Source of the DNA: Prorocentrum cordatum | Taxonomy: Eukaryota | Direction: 5' to 3' | Length of the DNA: 64,000 bases | Assembly: GCA_963575745.1 (NCBI GenBank) | Contig: CAUYUJ010000266.1 | Coordinates: 1-64,000, forward strand | Part shown: one piece after another, positions 42,259-53,292 of the stretch | Numbering within the stretch: the stretch's first letter is position 1 | How the letters are laid out: every line of letters starts with the position of its first letter | Program-made: the position numbers and the translations under genes | Notes under the pieces: model-generated | The model's input: the letters and a program-made list of their open reading frames with translations, nothing else | Told to the model about the DNA's origin: nothing | Databases searched by the model: none

Positions 42259-43994
42259 TCCCCGCCCCCCCCCGAGGCAAGACAGGAGGCAGGAGGGAGG
42301 CGGGAAGGAGAGAAGGAAAGACGGAGACCACAGTGCATTATTCAAAACGAATGCCCAACCAAGGAGGGTTGCGAAAAAACAGCGTAAACCTGAACTTTTG
42401 GCGCTCCGCGCGAGCGTGGCAAGGCCCCCTCCCTGGCGCGCGGAGCGTGCCAGGGGCGGCGCCGGAGGTGCCGCGGGGGGGCCCAGCGCGCGAAGCCCAA
42501 GGTGCTCCAAGATAGGTCTCCTCATCATTCTCCTCCTCCTCCTCCTTCATTATCCTCCCTCTCCTCGACCTCCTCCTCCTTTTCCTCCTCCTTTTCCTTC
42601 TCCTCCTCCTCCTCCTCCTCCTCCTCCTATTGTTCCCCGAAGGGCCTCCACAGTGGCTGGGGGAACGCATGATCCAATAGCGTGGCCAAGCTTTGCCCAA
42701 ACGTCTGGCCACATAGGCGTGTCCTGAAAAGCAGGGGGCGGCGATGATTCGCCGCAGGCGACTTCGACACGATAGGACTTCTGAGAAGGCGCGTGGCCCT
42801 AGAGGGCCGACGCGCGCATAACAGAAGTATGTTTGGACGTTGCCGACAAACGTGACGTCCACTCTCCACTGCTCCAGAAGGGAATTATCCCCACCACGGT
42901 CCCTGGTCGCCCGCACAGACAAGGAAACGGCCTTTATCCGCTCTGGTGACAGAGGAGGGAAGAGATGGAGCCAGGGGAGGGGGGGTGGAGAGAGAGGGGA
43001 GAGAGACCCGCGACCCCCGACATCGTGTGTTCTCACCCAAAGTCAAGTGTGAGCCCCCCGAAGTCTCGACCCCTTCCCCGCGACCAGCTTTTCATCCAAA
43101 GTCAATTTGTGACGGCCCGAAGGCAAGGCAAGGGCCCCCAAAGTTGAGTGAATACCCCGAAACATTCGCCGCGTTTTTTTCGCGACGCGAGGGGGTCTCG
43201 GAAAGACAAGAGACGACATGAAGGGGATTGAGGGGAGGGATCTGTTCCGCATGATCTTTTTCCCTTCCCCTATCTTTCACACCCTGACATGGTGGGGGGC
43301 CCCGTCATATGTGTGCACTTCTCGGATGCCACAACCCCTTCTCACATGCCCCACCGCTTTTCCCGCTCGTCTCCCATGTCCCAGCTTCTCGAGTTGGCAA
43401 GCAAGAGGTGGTTCAGTCCAGTTCCACAGGCGAGGGGGCGCAATCTCAGTCGAGTAGCGCGGCCAACAACCGACCAAATCTGGGGCCCAGGCCTTGGGGA
43501 ATAGAACCTGACCGAAACTTAGTCGTGGCAGTGCTCGACTCGAATAGGCTCCCCCTCCCCGTTCTCGGGGACGCGGTAACATGGGTCAGCGCTACTGCGG
43601 GTCAGCCAACACCATACAGTCGGACCTAAGGCAAAATAACATTCTTCAAGAACATGCAACCCTCCGCCGGCCACAACACACCGAACATCCAAGGGTACCC
43701 TCCCCGGGAAGCACGAGAACATCCAACAAACACGAAGAACATCCCCGAGCCGACCTCGATCCTTTACCTCGATCCGACTGTATCGCAAACCCTGCCCGGC
43801 CGCACAGCAGCAGCCGAAGCTGAGCCAGCGGAGGGGTCGGCCCCGCACGGCTCCCGAACCCGGGCCAGCCAGAGAGCACCCGAGGGGCTCCCGTCAGGGC
43901 TGACCCCCTGCGCCCCGCCCGGGCTCCTCCGCCAGAGTCGGCCTCCCGACTTGTCCAGGGAGTCCAGGGGTGCGGCTTGACCAGCACTTCGGGG

Positions 43995-44150
43995 GTTGCC
44001 AAAGGTGCCCCTGGCCCAAGGTGCCCCCAGCTTCTCGATCAATCTTGAAGCCCCTGGGGCCCTCTGGGCCTCGTGAGGGGTGCTCTGGAGGCCGTGGGGG
44101 CCTTCCTGGAAATCCTGGGGGCACCTTGGCCCAGGGGCACTTCTGGCAAC
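43995..44150. mobile_element. Small foldback/MITE with ~36-bp TIR; partial copy near 56765-56830
   Basis: gttgccaaaggtgcccctggcccaaggtgcccccag versus its near reverse complement ending at 44150. Confidence 0.65.
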
Positions 44151-45674
44151 ACCCGAGCACTGCCTCGGGGATCCAGCCAGGTCGACGAGAAAAGCCCCCG
44201 GGAGGCCGGAGCAAGACGCCCCACGAGCCTCGACCCTCGAATGCTCGGCAGGGATTCGCGCTGGCCCCCGCCACGTGCGCCGGGGCCCCGGCCGCTCCTC
44301 CTGCAGCCCTCGCTGGCCAGGGCGGGCTCTCCCTTTCCCTCTGGGCCGTGCGGGGTCTCTCCGCTCCTCCTCCTCCTCCTCCTCCTCCTCCTCCTCCTCC
44401 TCCTCCTCCTCCTCTTTTTCTTATTATTATGATGTTTCTCCTGTTCTTGACATTGTTATTATTCCTCTTCCTCTTCCTCTTCCTGCTCCTCCTCCTCCTC
44501 CTCCTCCGCCTCCTCCTCCTACTTGTCCTCCTCCTTTTCCTCCTCCTCCTCCCTCCTCCTCCTCCTGCCTCCTCATTCCTCCTCCTCCTCCTCCGCCTCC
44601 TCCTCCGCCTCCTCCTCCTTCTCCTCCTCCTCCTCCTCCTCTTCCTCTGTCTCTTATCGTTCTGGCCCCCCTCCCCTTCCTTCCCCCCTCTTTTCCCCTG
44701 CCATCTTCCTCGCCTCCCCGTCTTCTCCCCTCCTCGCCCCTCCCACACCTCGTCGGGTGCGCCAAAAGGGGGGGGCTGGCGCATCGTGGGCCGAGGCATG
44801 TGTGCGGGAGAGAGGGGTGGAGGGGAGCAGGGGACGTGTCGAGGGAAGGCGAGGGGGCCGTGAGACCTGGGAGAGCTCATGGCTCTGGCCATGCTATATT
44901 CACGCACCCCTGGTGCTCACCCCCCCTCCTGGACGCCTCCCAGCCCCTGGCACGCAGGCGGGGTCCAGGCTGACGGGGGCGGAGGGTCGCCAACGCATCG
45001 CCTGTGCATCGCCGGCGCACTGGCGTTGCGCATGCCACGACAATGGACACCCTAACAGTCCTATCACCGAATTAAACATGTGATTGAAATAAATTGAAAA
45101 AATGTGCTGAAAATGTTTAAAACATGTGTTCTACATGTTTACAGCAGTGTTGACACATTTTCTAGACATCTGGAAACTATTTGGCAACATGCTTCCTCTC
45201 CACTGATCGTCCTCCACAACACCGGCGACGTCGGCACATGCCTCGGCGCCCCTCGGCGTGGAGAGCGTCGGACCACACGCCGAGCCGCACCGCCGATGCC
45301 TCGGCCATGCACGGCGCGCGATCCGCCGATCCCGGTGCATCACTCGGACCCCGTCGGGGAGGCCCGAGTGGAAGCCCCCGAGGTCCTTCTGGGAAGCGCC
45401 CAGGCAGCCCCTCCGGCCGCGTGCGCCCCGACCGGCCCTCCTCCCCAGGGCCGCCCACGGCGACGGCAGGACCGAAGACCGACCGGAGCCCACCGCGAAG
45501 CCGACGAGCCGGCCGAACCGACAGGCCGCAGGCAGGCCATGGCAGGGCGCAGCGGCGCGCGGCGACGCCGCAGCGACGCAGCGGCCGGCCGAGCCGAGCG
45601 CCAACCGACCGCGACGCGGCCGAACCGACCGCACCGCGCAGACCCCTGCTCCCCCCGCCGCCCGGCGGCGGCAC

Positions 45675-45719
45675 CTGCTTCGCTTCTTGCGGGAGCGGGA
45701 CCTGGACCGCCCGCGCTTC
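45675..45719 (-). CDS. Host gene exon 3 ((R)KRGRSRSRSRKKRS), RS-rich
   Basis: ccag|G acceptor, AG|GT donor, 45 bp, phase 2 to 2. Confidence 0.7.
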
Positions 45720-45977
45720 CTGGCCCGGCGGGGCGCGGTGCGCGGGGGGGCGAGCGCGGGCCTGCCTCTTGCTGGTCGGGGTGTGCGCCGCGGGCTCGTG
45801 CCGCGACGAACCCGGCGTTGGCTTTTCTGACACCGCGCGGATCGCTCGACCTCGAACGATCGCGGCTTCCCGACGGCGCAGATCGATCCGTGTTGGCCGA
45901 TGCTGGGACCCCGGCGGCGTTCCACCTCGAGCGCCCGCGGCAGGGTCGCCGCCGTGGCGGCACGACGCGGGCGTGCC

Positions 45978-45978
<1 letters not shown>

Positions 45979-46012
<34 letters not shown>

Positions 46013-46432
46013 TGCGTGTGCGTGTGCGTGTGCGTGCGCGTGCGCGTGCGTGTGCGTGTGCGCGTGCGCGTGCGCGTGCGCGTGCGCGTGCGCGTGCGCG
46101 TGCGCGTGCGCGTGCGCGTGCGCGTGCGCGTGCGCGTGCGCGTGCGCGTGCGCGTGCGCGTGCGCGTGCGCGTGCGCGTGCGCGTGCGCGTGCGCGTGCG
46201 CGTGCGTGTGCGTGTGCGTGTGCGTGTGCGTGTGCGTGTGCGTGTGCGTGTGCGTGTGCGTGTGCGTGTGCGTGTGCGTGTGCGTGTGCGTGTGCGTGTG
46301 CGTGTGCGTGTGCGTGTGCGTGTGATGCGCGCGCGCGTGCGCGTGCGCGTGCGCGTGCGCGTGCGCGTGCGCGTGCGCGTGCGCGTGCGCGTGCGCGTGC
46401 GCGTGCGCGTGCGTGTGCGTGTGCGTGTGCGT

Positions 46433-46478
<46 letters not shown>

Positions 46479-46479
46479 G
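45979..46479. repeat. Compound (GT)n/(GCGCGT)n/(GCGTGT)n microsatellite, left flank of the retroelement
   Basis: Read directly. Confidence 0.97.
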
Positions 46480-47019
46480 CTCTTTTGCAGTTTGAATGGT
46501 CAGAAGATAGCAATGCTATGTCTGCAATTGGGTAGCTCAGTAATTGAATTCGGGCAGTTACATGAGCGTTTCATTCTCATGCCACGCTTCACCACACATC
46601 TCACATCCTACCATAGCTGTTTCTTTTCAGGCGATTACGGCACGGGTTTAGGCTAGCGCTGAAGACGCTCTAATGAGAGCGGCGCACACATGTGGGCTCG
46701 TGTCGATTCCATGCTACTAAAGTTGCTTATCGTTGGATGCTATTTGGTAAAATATTCATCGAGTGCTCTGCGAGCGAAGGGACCCCGATAATACCGTCTT
46801 GCACTACTCCTCTGACTTTGTCTTGGTGTTGCAGGGTGGCCACGAGTCTTGGGGTGTCGCTTGAGGATCTTGAGTTCGGCAATGTGTTCTCTTTCGAGGC
46901 CTCCGAAGACCCACATGAGTACCCCAATGATGACCTCAAGGACCCCTGGAGCTCCAAGGGCACGCACGACCTACAGGGTGACCTACTTTATCGATAAGCT
47001 TCTACTTCACTTCCAAGTG
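46480..47019 (+). repeat. Pseudo-LTR, left copy
   Basis: Colinear with 52753-53292 (constant offset 6273); about 16 substitutions counted by eye (~97% identity). Confidence 0.95.
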
Positions 47020-47311
47020 CGTACGCGGCGGGATCGGAGTGGCGACGAGCCGTCCCCATGTACCGCAGCCGCGGCAGGAGGTACGTAATGTTTGCCAGTT
47101 CTGTCTTCATATTACGAGTCTGGTTTGCCAGTCCAGTCTCCATATTACGAGTCTGGTTTGCCAGTGCAGCATTCATATCACAATCTCTTCTAAGCTCGAG
47201 TTTCCCTATGTATGATTCTGGCTTGTTCAGCCAAGGTGATGTCCCCCGAGCGTGCACACCACCACCCGTGAAGGCGGCCAAATACCGTGTCTCAAGGTTG
47301 TGGCGGTGCAA
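46988..47311 (-). CDS. Possible antisense ORF of the element with 11-aa coiled-coil repeats (LANQTRNMETG)
   Basis: A 33-bp tandem duplication at 47091-47178 preserves the frame. May extend upstream through the C-run near 47400. Confidence 0.35.
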   Translation of the reverse strand: MHRHNLETRYLAAFTGGGVHARGTSPWLNKPESYIGKLELRRDCDMNAALANQTRNMETGLANQTRNMKTELANITYLLPRLRYMGTARRHSDPAAYALGSEVEAYR

Positions 47312-48097
47312 GTGGTTGGGTTTGTGTACTACCTTCTCTTCCGAGACCGTGCTGCAATGGTGGCTAAACCGATCTCGGCGGCGCGATTGGAGACGCCCCC
47401 CCCCCCCCCCGACTCTGCACTCCCCACGATCGAGAGCACGCAGGCCCTCGTCATCGGCACCCAGGCCACCGCTTTCGACATCTCAATGTACGATTTATGC
47501 TCTGGATTCTGGTGTGCTGGTTTGCCTCTGGTGTACACGGAAGCCCTCTCCAGGACCAAGGCAACCGATGTATCCACAAATTTCGGGGCCAGCGCGGACC
47601 CTTTCAATATGATGGCCTCACGGGATCTCAAGTACGTGCTCGCGCTTACTCTGATATGTATGGTCTCTGTAGTTGGGCCTCGAACATCCCGACAGATCCT
47701 ATGTTTTCTGATCTACATGTGCCAAAGGAGATAACACTATTATTTGCAGGGGGTCTCTGGCAAGTGCTCGTGGCACAACCTTCGACTGCCTTCATTGATG
47801 GACTTCATGATATGAAACGTGCCTTGCTACCCCTGATGGACAAGCCAGGGACCCCACATGATGTATCAGCTCTGGCTCTTGCCGTAACGACAGTGATGTC
47901 TGTGATTCGGATTCGTGGCCTCTTTATTGCAGGAAGACGCCAACGGTGGCGGGCCCGTCAACTTTGTCGAAGCCTCCATCCTATGTGTACAGAGGCCCTT
48001 GCCCGCCCAGACTCCGCACGATTACCACACGCACTCGAACTAGCTCTGTTCCTACGTACTCAGTACATGGCCCTGCGAGGCCTGACCCCCCCCGAAG

Positions 48098-48697
48098 ATG
48101 CCCAATAGCAGCTACCTCTACCAGGTAGGCTCCGAGGTCCTCTACATTGGCAAGGGTAGTATCACGAGGGCCCATGGGCAGGCCTCAGGGGGTGTAGGAC
48201 GTTTTCGGGAACATGTCCGAGCTCTCTTCCAAGTCCAAAAAGGTCAACCTGTAAAAGAAGCTAGTCGTTATCATGGGCTACTTCCAGAATGTAGGCGCTG
48301 GCTCTTGTTTTTCTTCGTGCTGATTGCTTCCTCGTCCGAGATTTCGAGCCCCGAGAGTGCCTGCATTATGTTTGCCCAGCCGTCAGCTAACAACCAACCC
48401 AACGTTCGGTTGGGCCGCAGGTGTGCACGTGTGCGAGCTGGCCCACGCCGTCGGCGAGGACGACGGGACCGACGGCTTGCCTTGCCCCATAGCCCTGTGC
48501 CGCACTCCGAGAGCGCCCACTGGATGGAGGAGCGCATCAATTCCCTTCTCACTAGAGTCCTTGGGCACCAGAAGTATTCAAAACCACGTTATTATTGGCA
48601 AGACCGTTTGAGACTTACGTTTGATGAGCTCTATATTACCTTGATCCAGCACCGCTACTCAAAACATGGCATCCTGGGACCTTTGGGTATATATTAG
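48098..48697 (+). CDS. GIY-YIG endonuclease domain (N-terminal part of a disrupted EN-RT polyprotein, probably starting near 47656)
   Basis: SYLY...YIGKG, RFREH, a conserved E and PSANN. Joins the upstream frame via a shift in C8 (48086-48093). Confidence 0.8.
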   Translation: MPNSSYLYQVGSEVLYIGKGSITRAHGQASGGVGRFREHVRALFQVQKGQPVKEASRYHGLLPECRRWLLFFFVLIASSSEISSPESACIMFAQPSANNQPNVRLGRRCARVRAGPRRRRGRRDRRLALPHSPVPHSESAHWMEERINSLLTRVLGHQKYSKPRYYWQDRLRLTFDELYITLIQHRYSKHGILGPLGIY

Positions 48698-48731
48698 CCA
48701 AAGATGACAAAACTACTCCTTCGATGGGCTT

Positions 48732-50900
48732 GTGGGCACCACTTGGACATCTCTTGGGACCTCGCTTGCCGCTCCCGTCCTGGGAAAAAATGACTACGCC
48801 TATGTGTTTTGGTCCCTGGCTTCGCTTTGCCCTCGCTGGCAAGATAAAGTCCGGGTTCAAACATCCTTGCGAATCTTCCTACAGTCCCAAGGGTTGCCAG
48901 TCCCACGTATGACGACGTTCGAGGTACATTCTGAACAAGAGAAGATCGCCGCATCCCGATGGATCCAGCAGGTGTTTGCACGGCTAGCTCAGCACCGACC
49001 TGGCTGGGCAGGCCTCTTTCGCGGGCAGACGCGGATCGTGGTCAAAAGCATCCCGAACCTCCGCAAGACCTGCCACAATCTTCCTCGGGTGTGTCAACGA
49101 TTACAATTCACAGCCCTTCAAAGTTCCACTGCCATGGACCTTGATCGGGCCGCCAAGGGCCTTGACATGCAGAAGATGTCTTTGAATGCGAAGACCCCGA
49201 TGTCTAACCGAATTTTGACCACACAAGTATTGGGGACGTCTTGCCGTACTTGGGCACAGCGTATGGGACTCTGGGGACGTACGGATGCGGTTTCCCTTCC
49301 AGCTCTCCCTCGGCCTCAGCCCCAACGAGCCCCTGAGCCTCCACGACTAGCCCCCAGATACCAGCATTTACAGGCTACCTCCCAGAAGTTCTTCAAGACC
49401 CTCCAAGAGCACTCCGACGCGGTCTTCGCGCTTGAGGATAAGGACCCCAACAGCCTCTGGAAGGTGGACCCCAAGTGCATGATGGCAAGATGGCTCAGCA
49501 TCCTGGCCCACGCCCCGCATCGGTGGCAGGTTAGCCTTGCATCCTTGCCGGCGGTCACGGACTGGTACCGCCTCCTCTACGATAGCACGATCCCAAAAAG
49601 CCTACGACAAAGGAGAGAGGGCAAGTTCACCCAAAAGAATGTTCCATACTCTTACCCCACTGTAAAGGCAAAATGTTGGCTGGACGTTGACCGCCCTCCC
49701 GAGGCGGGGCGCCACCAATGCGCGAAGCCGAAGCACTCGTGCTTCAGGAACATCTGCTCGTTTGCCAAGTTTCCCTCTCGCCGCCTGTACAGGTATTTGA
49801 GCCGCGCCACGGTCTTTGCAGTGGAGACCGTGAACCCAGGTTGGGCGTGCCGCGGCTTGGAGGACGGCGTCCCGAATTTGGTGGCGCAGTTTGCGAAGCT
49901 AGAGAAAAACGCCTCGCTGAACCCTAAGTGCCTCTGGTGTGGGACCCCAATGGAAGCTCCAGGTACCTTTGTGGCTGACGCGGGGCAGGCTTACGAGGAA
50001 ACCCCCGTGACCACGATTTGGGGCTGTCTGGACCGATTGTTTGAGAGGTTACGGAAAGCGACCCCCAAGGAGGCCTTCACGATTCTCCATAGCAAGCGAA
50101 GTCACGTCTTCTTGGGGGGGGGGGCTCTATCAATGCCAAGCTTTGGGATCGCACTATTCTTCTGTTTGGAAGCCTCAAGCGAGCTCTCACGGGATTTATG
50201 GGAACGCGATAGTTAAAAGCTCTGGGACTCATCTTACACCAATGCCAAGGAATCCCCATTGGAGGCCCATTGAGTGGCGCGATCCTACACGCCGTGTTTT
50301 CTGAAGCGGAGTGGCTGTGTGATCGAGCCCACCCGCGGAATCGTCAGAGGATTGCTCGTGGCCGCTTAGTTGATGATTTGTTCCTCGCATCCTCCCGAGT
50401 TTGTCGTGCCTGTCTTTGTCAGCATGTTGAACGTGTTTACGGCCAGGTAGTGAAGTTTAACATCGAAGATGAAGTTCGGGTCGGGGAAGACACGGTGGTT
50501 CTCAAGTTTCTAGAGGCCGAGCTCCATGTAAACTTCTCCGAGATCAAGGTTTGGGTCATTCACAAGAATGAACGCTTTGCGTTTCAAAGGGGGACCCTCG
50601 AAGATTGTCAAGAAATCGGTCTGTCCGTTCGCAGGGGCCCTCACCGAGACCCAATTACGACTGCAGAGAGCCGAGCTTAAAGGACGCCTGCATCGATGGG
50701 GCCAGCACCACCTCGACCTGAAAACTGGATTGTCTTACTAAGTTCTGGCATGCTCCACTTCCTAAGACTGGGATACCCCGAGAATATCTTGAGAAGAATT
50801 TGGCGATATGTGTCTCCGCTGACTTATCTAAATGATATCATTGAACTATGCTTGCGTTTGGTTTACTCTACCAGTTCCCATCTACTTCCCCGTCCGTCTC
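48732..50900 (+). CDS. Penelope-type reverse transcriptase (frameshifted, in-frame TAG at 50210)
   Basis: EDKDPN (DKG-like), YPTVKAK...FRNICS, ADAGQAYE (motif A), QGIPIGGPLSG (50246-50278), RLVDD (50363-50377), LKFLE, and thumb LGYPENIL. Confidence 0.88.
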
Positions 50901-51019
50901 GCCTTGCTGCTGTTCATGACCAAGGCATTGCCGTACTTGAGAAGTCTCCGCACCTGCCCGAAGGTCACCTACCTGCGCGCCCCTCCCACGCCGCCCAGCG
51001 GACGCTAGCTACCGACACC

Positions 51020-52596
51020 ATGAGCTGGCGTGGTGGCAACCAGAGGCCTTATGGCAAGGGCGGCGGAGGAGGAAAGGGCCCTCGTGCCCCGCGGTTTCAG
51101 GGGCAATACGGTGGTGGTCAGCACTGGCAGGGCCCACCTCCTCCGCGTGCAGGGACCTTTACCTCCATGGCCCAGGAGATGAACTCGTTCATTGAGAACA
51201 TCGGAGCCCTTGGTGAGATGTCGCGTTTGGGGCTATCCTCAGCAACCAGCAGCAGGGCTCCGCCTCAGGTCCTACCACGACGGCACCTGGCACAAATACA
51301 ACACCCGCAACGACACCTACGACACCGACCCCAGCTACGGAACTGGCCAATGCGCTGACCCAAGTCCTTGAAGGTGATGGGTCCCAACGTGCGCGCCAAG
51401 ATACGCGAGTGCAACATACTGTCAACCGCTTGCAGGAGTTGGTTTCGAACCGCCCGACGGGCAGTAATATCTTTGAGGAGCAGCTCGAGCAGTCGGAGGT
51501 CTTCCGCAAGCTGCGAGCTTCGTTGGCTACCATGTCGGATACCGTGGCCACCCACGGTCGCCAGATCTCCACGCTCCAGACCTCCATCGAGGACCAGGGC
51601 GAGGATGTACGATCTACTCGTGCGCTGTTGGAACGCATGGCGCAGGGCATGGGCTTGGCCGTTCCGCCTGCTGCACCGCGCACTCCGAGACGTCCACCTA
51701 CCTCTGGCGCTGTGGGCACCCCGTCGCCATCGGGCTTGCCAAGCCCCGCGCCGCTGGCTGCTGCGGCTGGCGCGATGGGCGGTGACCACGATTCCCCAGG
51801 TGGCTCTCCTGCGCGTGATGGCGCCCTCGGAGTGCCTTGCTTCGATCAGCAAGTGGGCGCAGCTACCCATGTGAAAGCTCCTGGGTTCCTCGGCGCTGGC
51901 ACTGGCAGGCCTGATATGACTACGTTGGGTACCACGATTGCAAATGCACCCGACGCCAACATTACCTTCTCCGAATGGTGGAAAGAGGTCAGTCGTGCAA
52001 AAGGTTTGTCGCAGTGGGGGGTGAAAGTCAAGAACATTGGCTGTTCCGCTCAGGATGCGGACAACTGCAGCCACGTGATGAAGATTGGTGAGGCGCTGTT
52101 CGCCAGGCTTACGGATAGCGGTGAGTGGAGTTCGACGGACATGCAGACGATTCTCTTGCAGCGAGACCTCGATTCTGATCCTTACATTGCTGAGTACTAT
52201 CGTGGCAGGCTCCCTGCCCGCTCTAATGCTTGTGGGCCCTCACCCCTTTCCTTCTTCTCGCTCGACACTTTGTCGCGCATCGTGTTTCTGTGCATCTCTT
52301 GTGTTTGTATTCGGCTAGCCGTCGAGGGCTCCCTTCTCATCAGTGATGTCCGTGCCCTCACTGTTGGCAGCCTCGAACATGCCTTGGGTGAGGTGCCCCG
52401 TGTCTTCCCACTTGTGGTGGGAAGGTTTGGCCTCGATTTCGTCGCGAGTCGCTGGCTGTACCCGCCCCCTCTTGCCTCTGCAAGATTCCACAATATTGAT
52501 GTGGCAACGCCCACGGGGCTTACCCACGTTGCGCAGAACTTAGGTCAGGCTGCGCTTGTCTCGGGCGCAGCCGTGTTTGTGGATTGGTTCCTTTAA
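51020..52596 (+). CDS. Accessory ORF of the element: RG/G-rich N-terminus, T/P linker, coiled coil, small C-terminal domain (one frameshift near 51230)
   Basis: MSWRGGNQRPYGKGGGGGKG... shifts at G4 (51229-51232) into a long open frame with heptads LATMSDTVATHGRQISTLQTSIEDQGEDVRSTRALLE. Confidence 0.65.
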
Positions 52597-52752
52597 GCCT
52601 ACATGATCCCATGATCCCTAGCTAGGAACCCCAGCCATGACCTTAGGGAGCAGGTGATGTTGCCGACCTCAGGCGACGGATATCTCCTTTTTGTCTTTGC
52701 CTTTTTGATGCCCTCCCTGTCTTTGGGACGGTTGTGTGTGTGTGTGCGTGTG

Positions 52753-53292
52753 CTCTTTTGCAGTTTGAATGGTCAGAAGATAGCAATGCTATGTCTGCAA
52801 TTGGGTAGCTCAGTAGTTGAATTCGGGCAGTTACATGGGCGTTTCATTCTCATGCCACGCTTCACCACACATCTCACATCCTACCATAGCTGTTTCTTTT
52901 CAGGCGATTACGGCACGGGTTTAGGCTAGCGCTGAAGACGCTCTAATGAGAGCGGCGCACACATGTGGGCTCGTGTCGATTCCATGCTACTAAAGTTGCT
53001 TCTCGTTGGATGCTCTGTGGTAAGATATTCATCGAGTGCTCTGCGAGCGAAGGGACCCCGAGAATACCGTCTTGTACTACTCCTCTGGCGTTGTCTTGGT
53101 GTTGCAAGGTGGCCAAGAGTCTTGGGGTGTCGCTTGAGGATCTTGAGTTCGGCAATGCGTTCTCTTTGGAGGCCTCCGAAGACCCACATGAGTACCCCAA
53201 TGATGACCTCAAGGACCTCTGGAGCTCCAAGGGCACGCACGACCTACAGGGTGACCTGCTTTATCGATAAGCTTCTACTTCACTTCCAAGTG
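52753..53292 (+). repeat. Pseudo-LTR, right copy
   Basis: Direct repeat of 46480-47019, preceded by a 20-nt internal (TG)7CGTGTG tract. Confidence 0.95.

Larger units (their letters stand above)
46480..53292 (+). mobile_element. Penelope-like retroelement with N-terminal GIY-YIG endonuclease (Chlamys/Naiad-type order), pseudo-LTRs and extra ORFs
   Basis: 540-bp direct repeats at both ends, GIY-YIG followed by PLE-type RT motifs, insertion within a microsatellite. Confidence 0.88.

Noticed and set aside
48695..50212. Stop-codon recoding of in-frame TAGs
   Set aside because: Only two cases, in a copy that also has frameshifts; decay is the simpler explanation.
46480..53292. LTR retrotransposon or DIRS element
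   Set aside because: No TG...CA termini, protease, RNase H, integrase or tyrosine recombinase motifs were seen; the RT motifs and GIY-YIG are Penelope-like.
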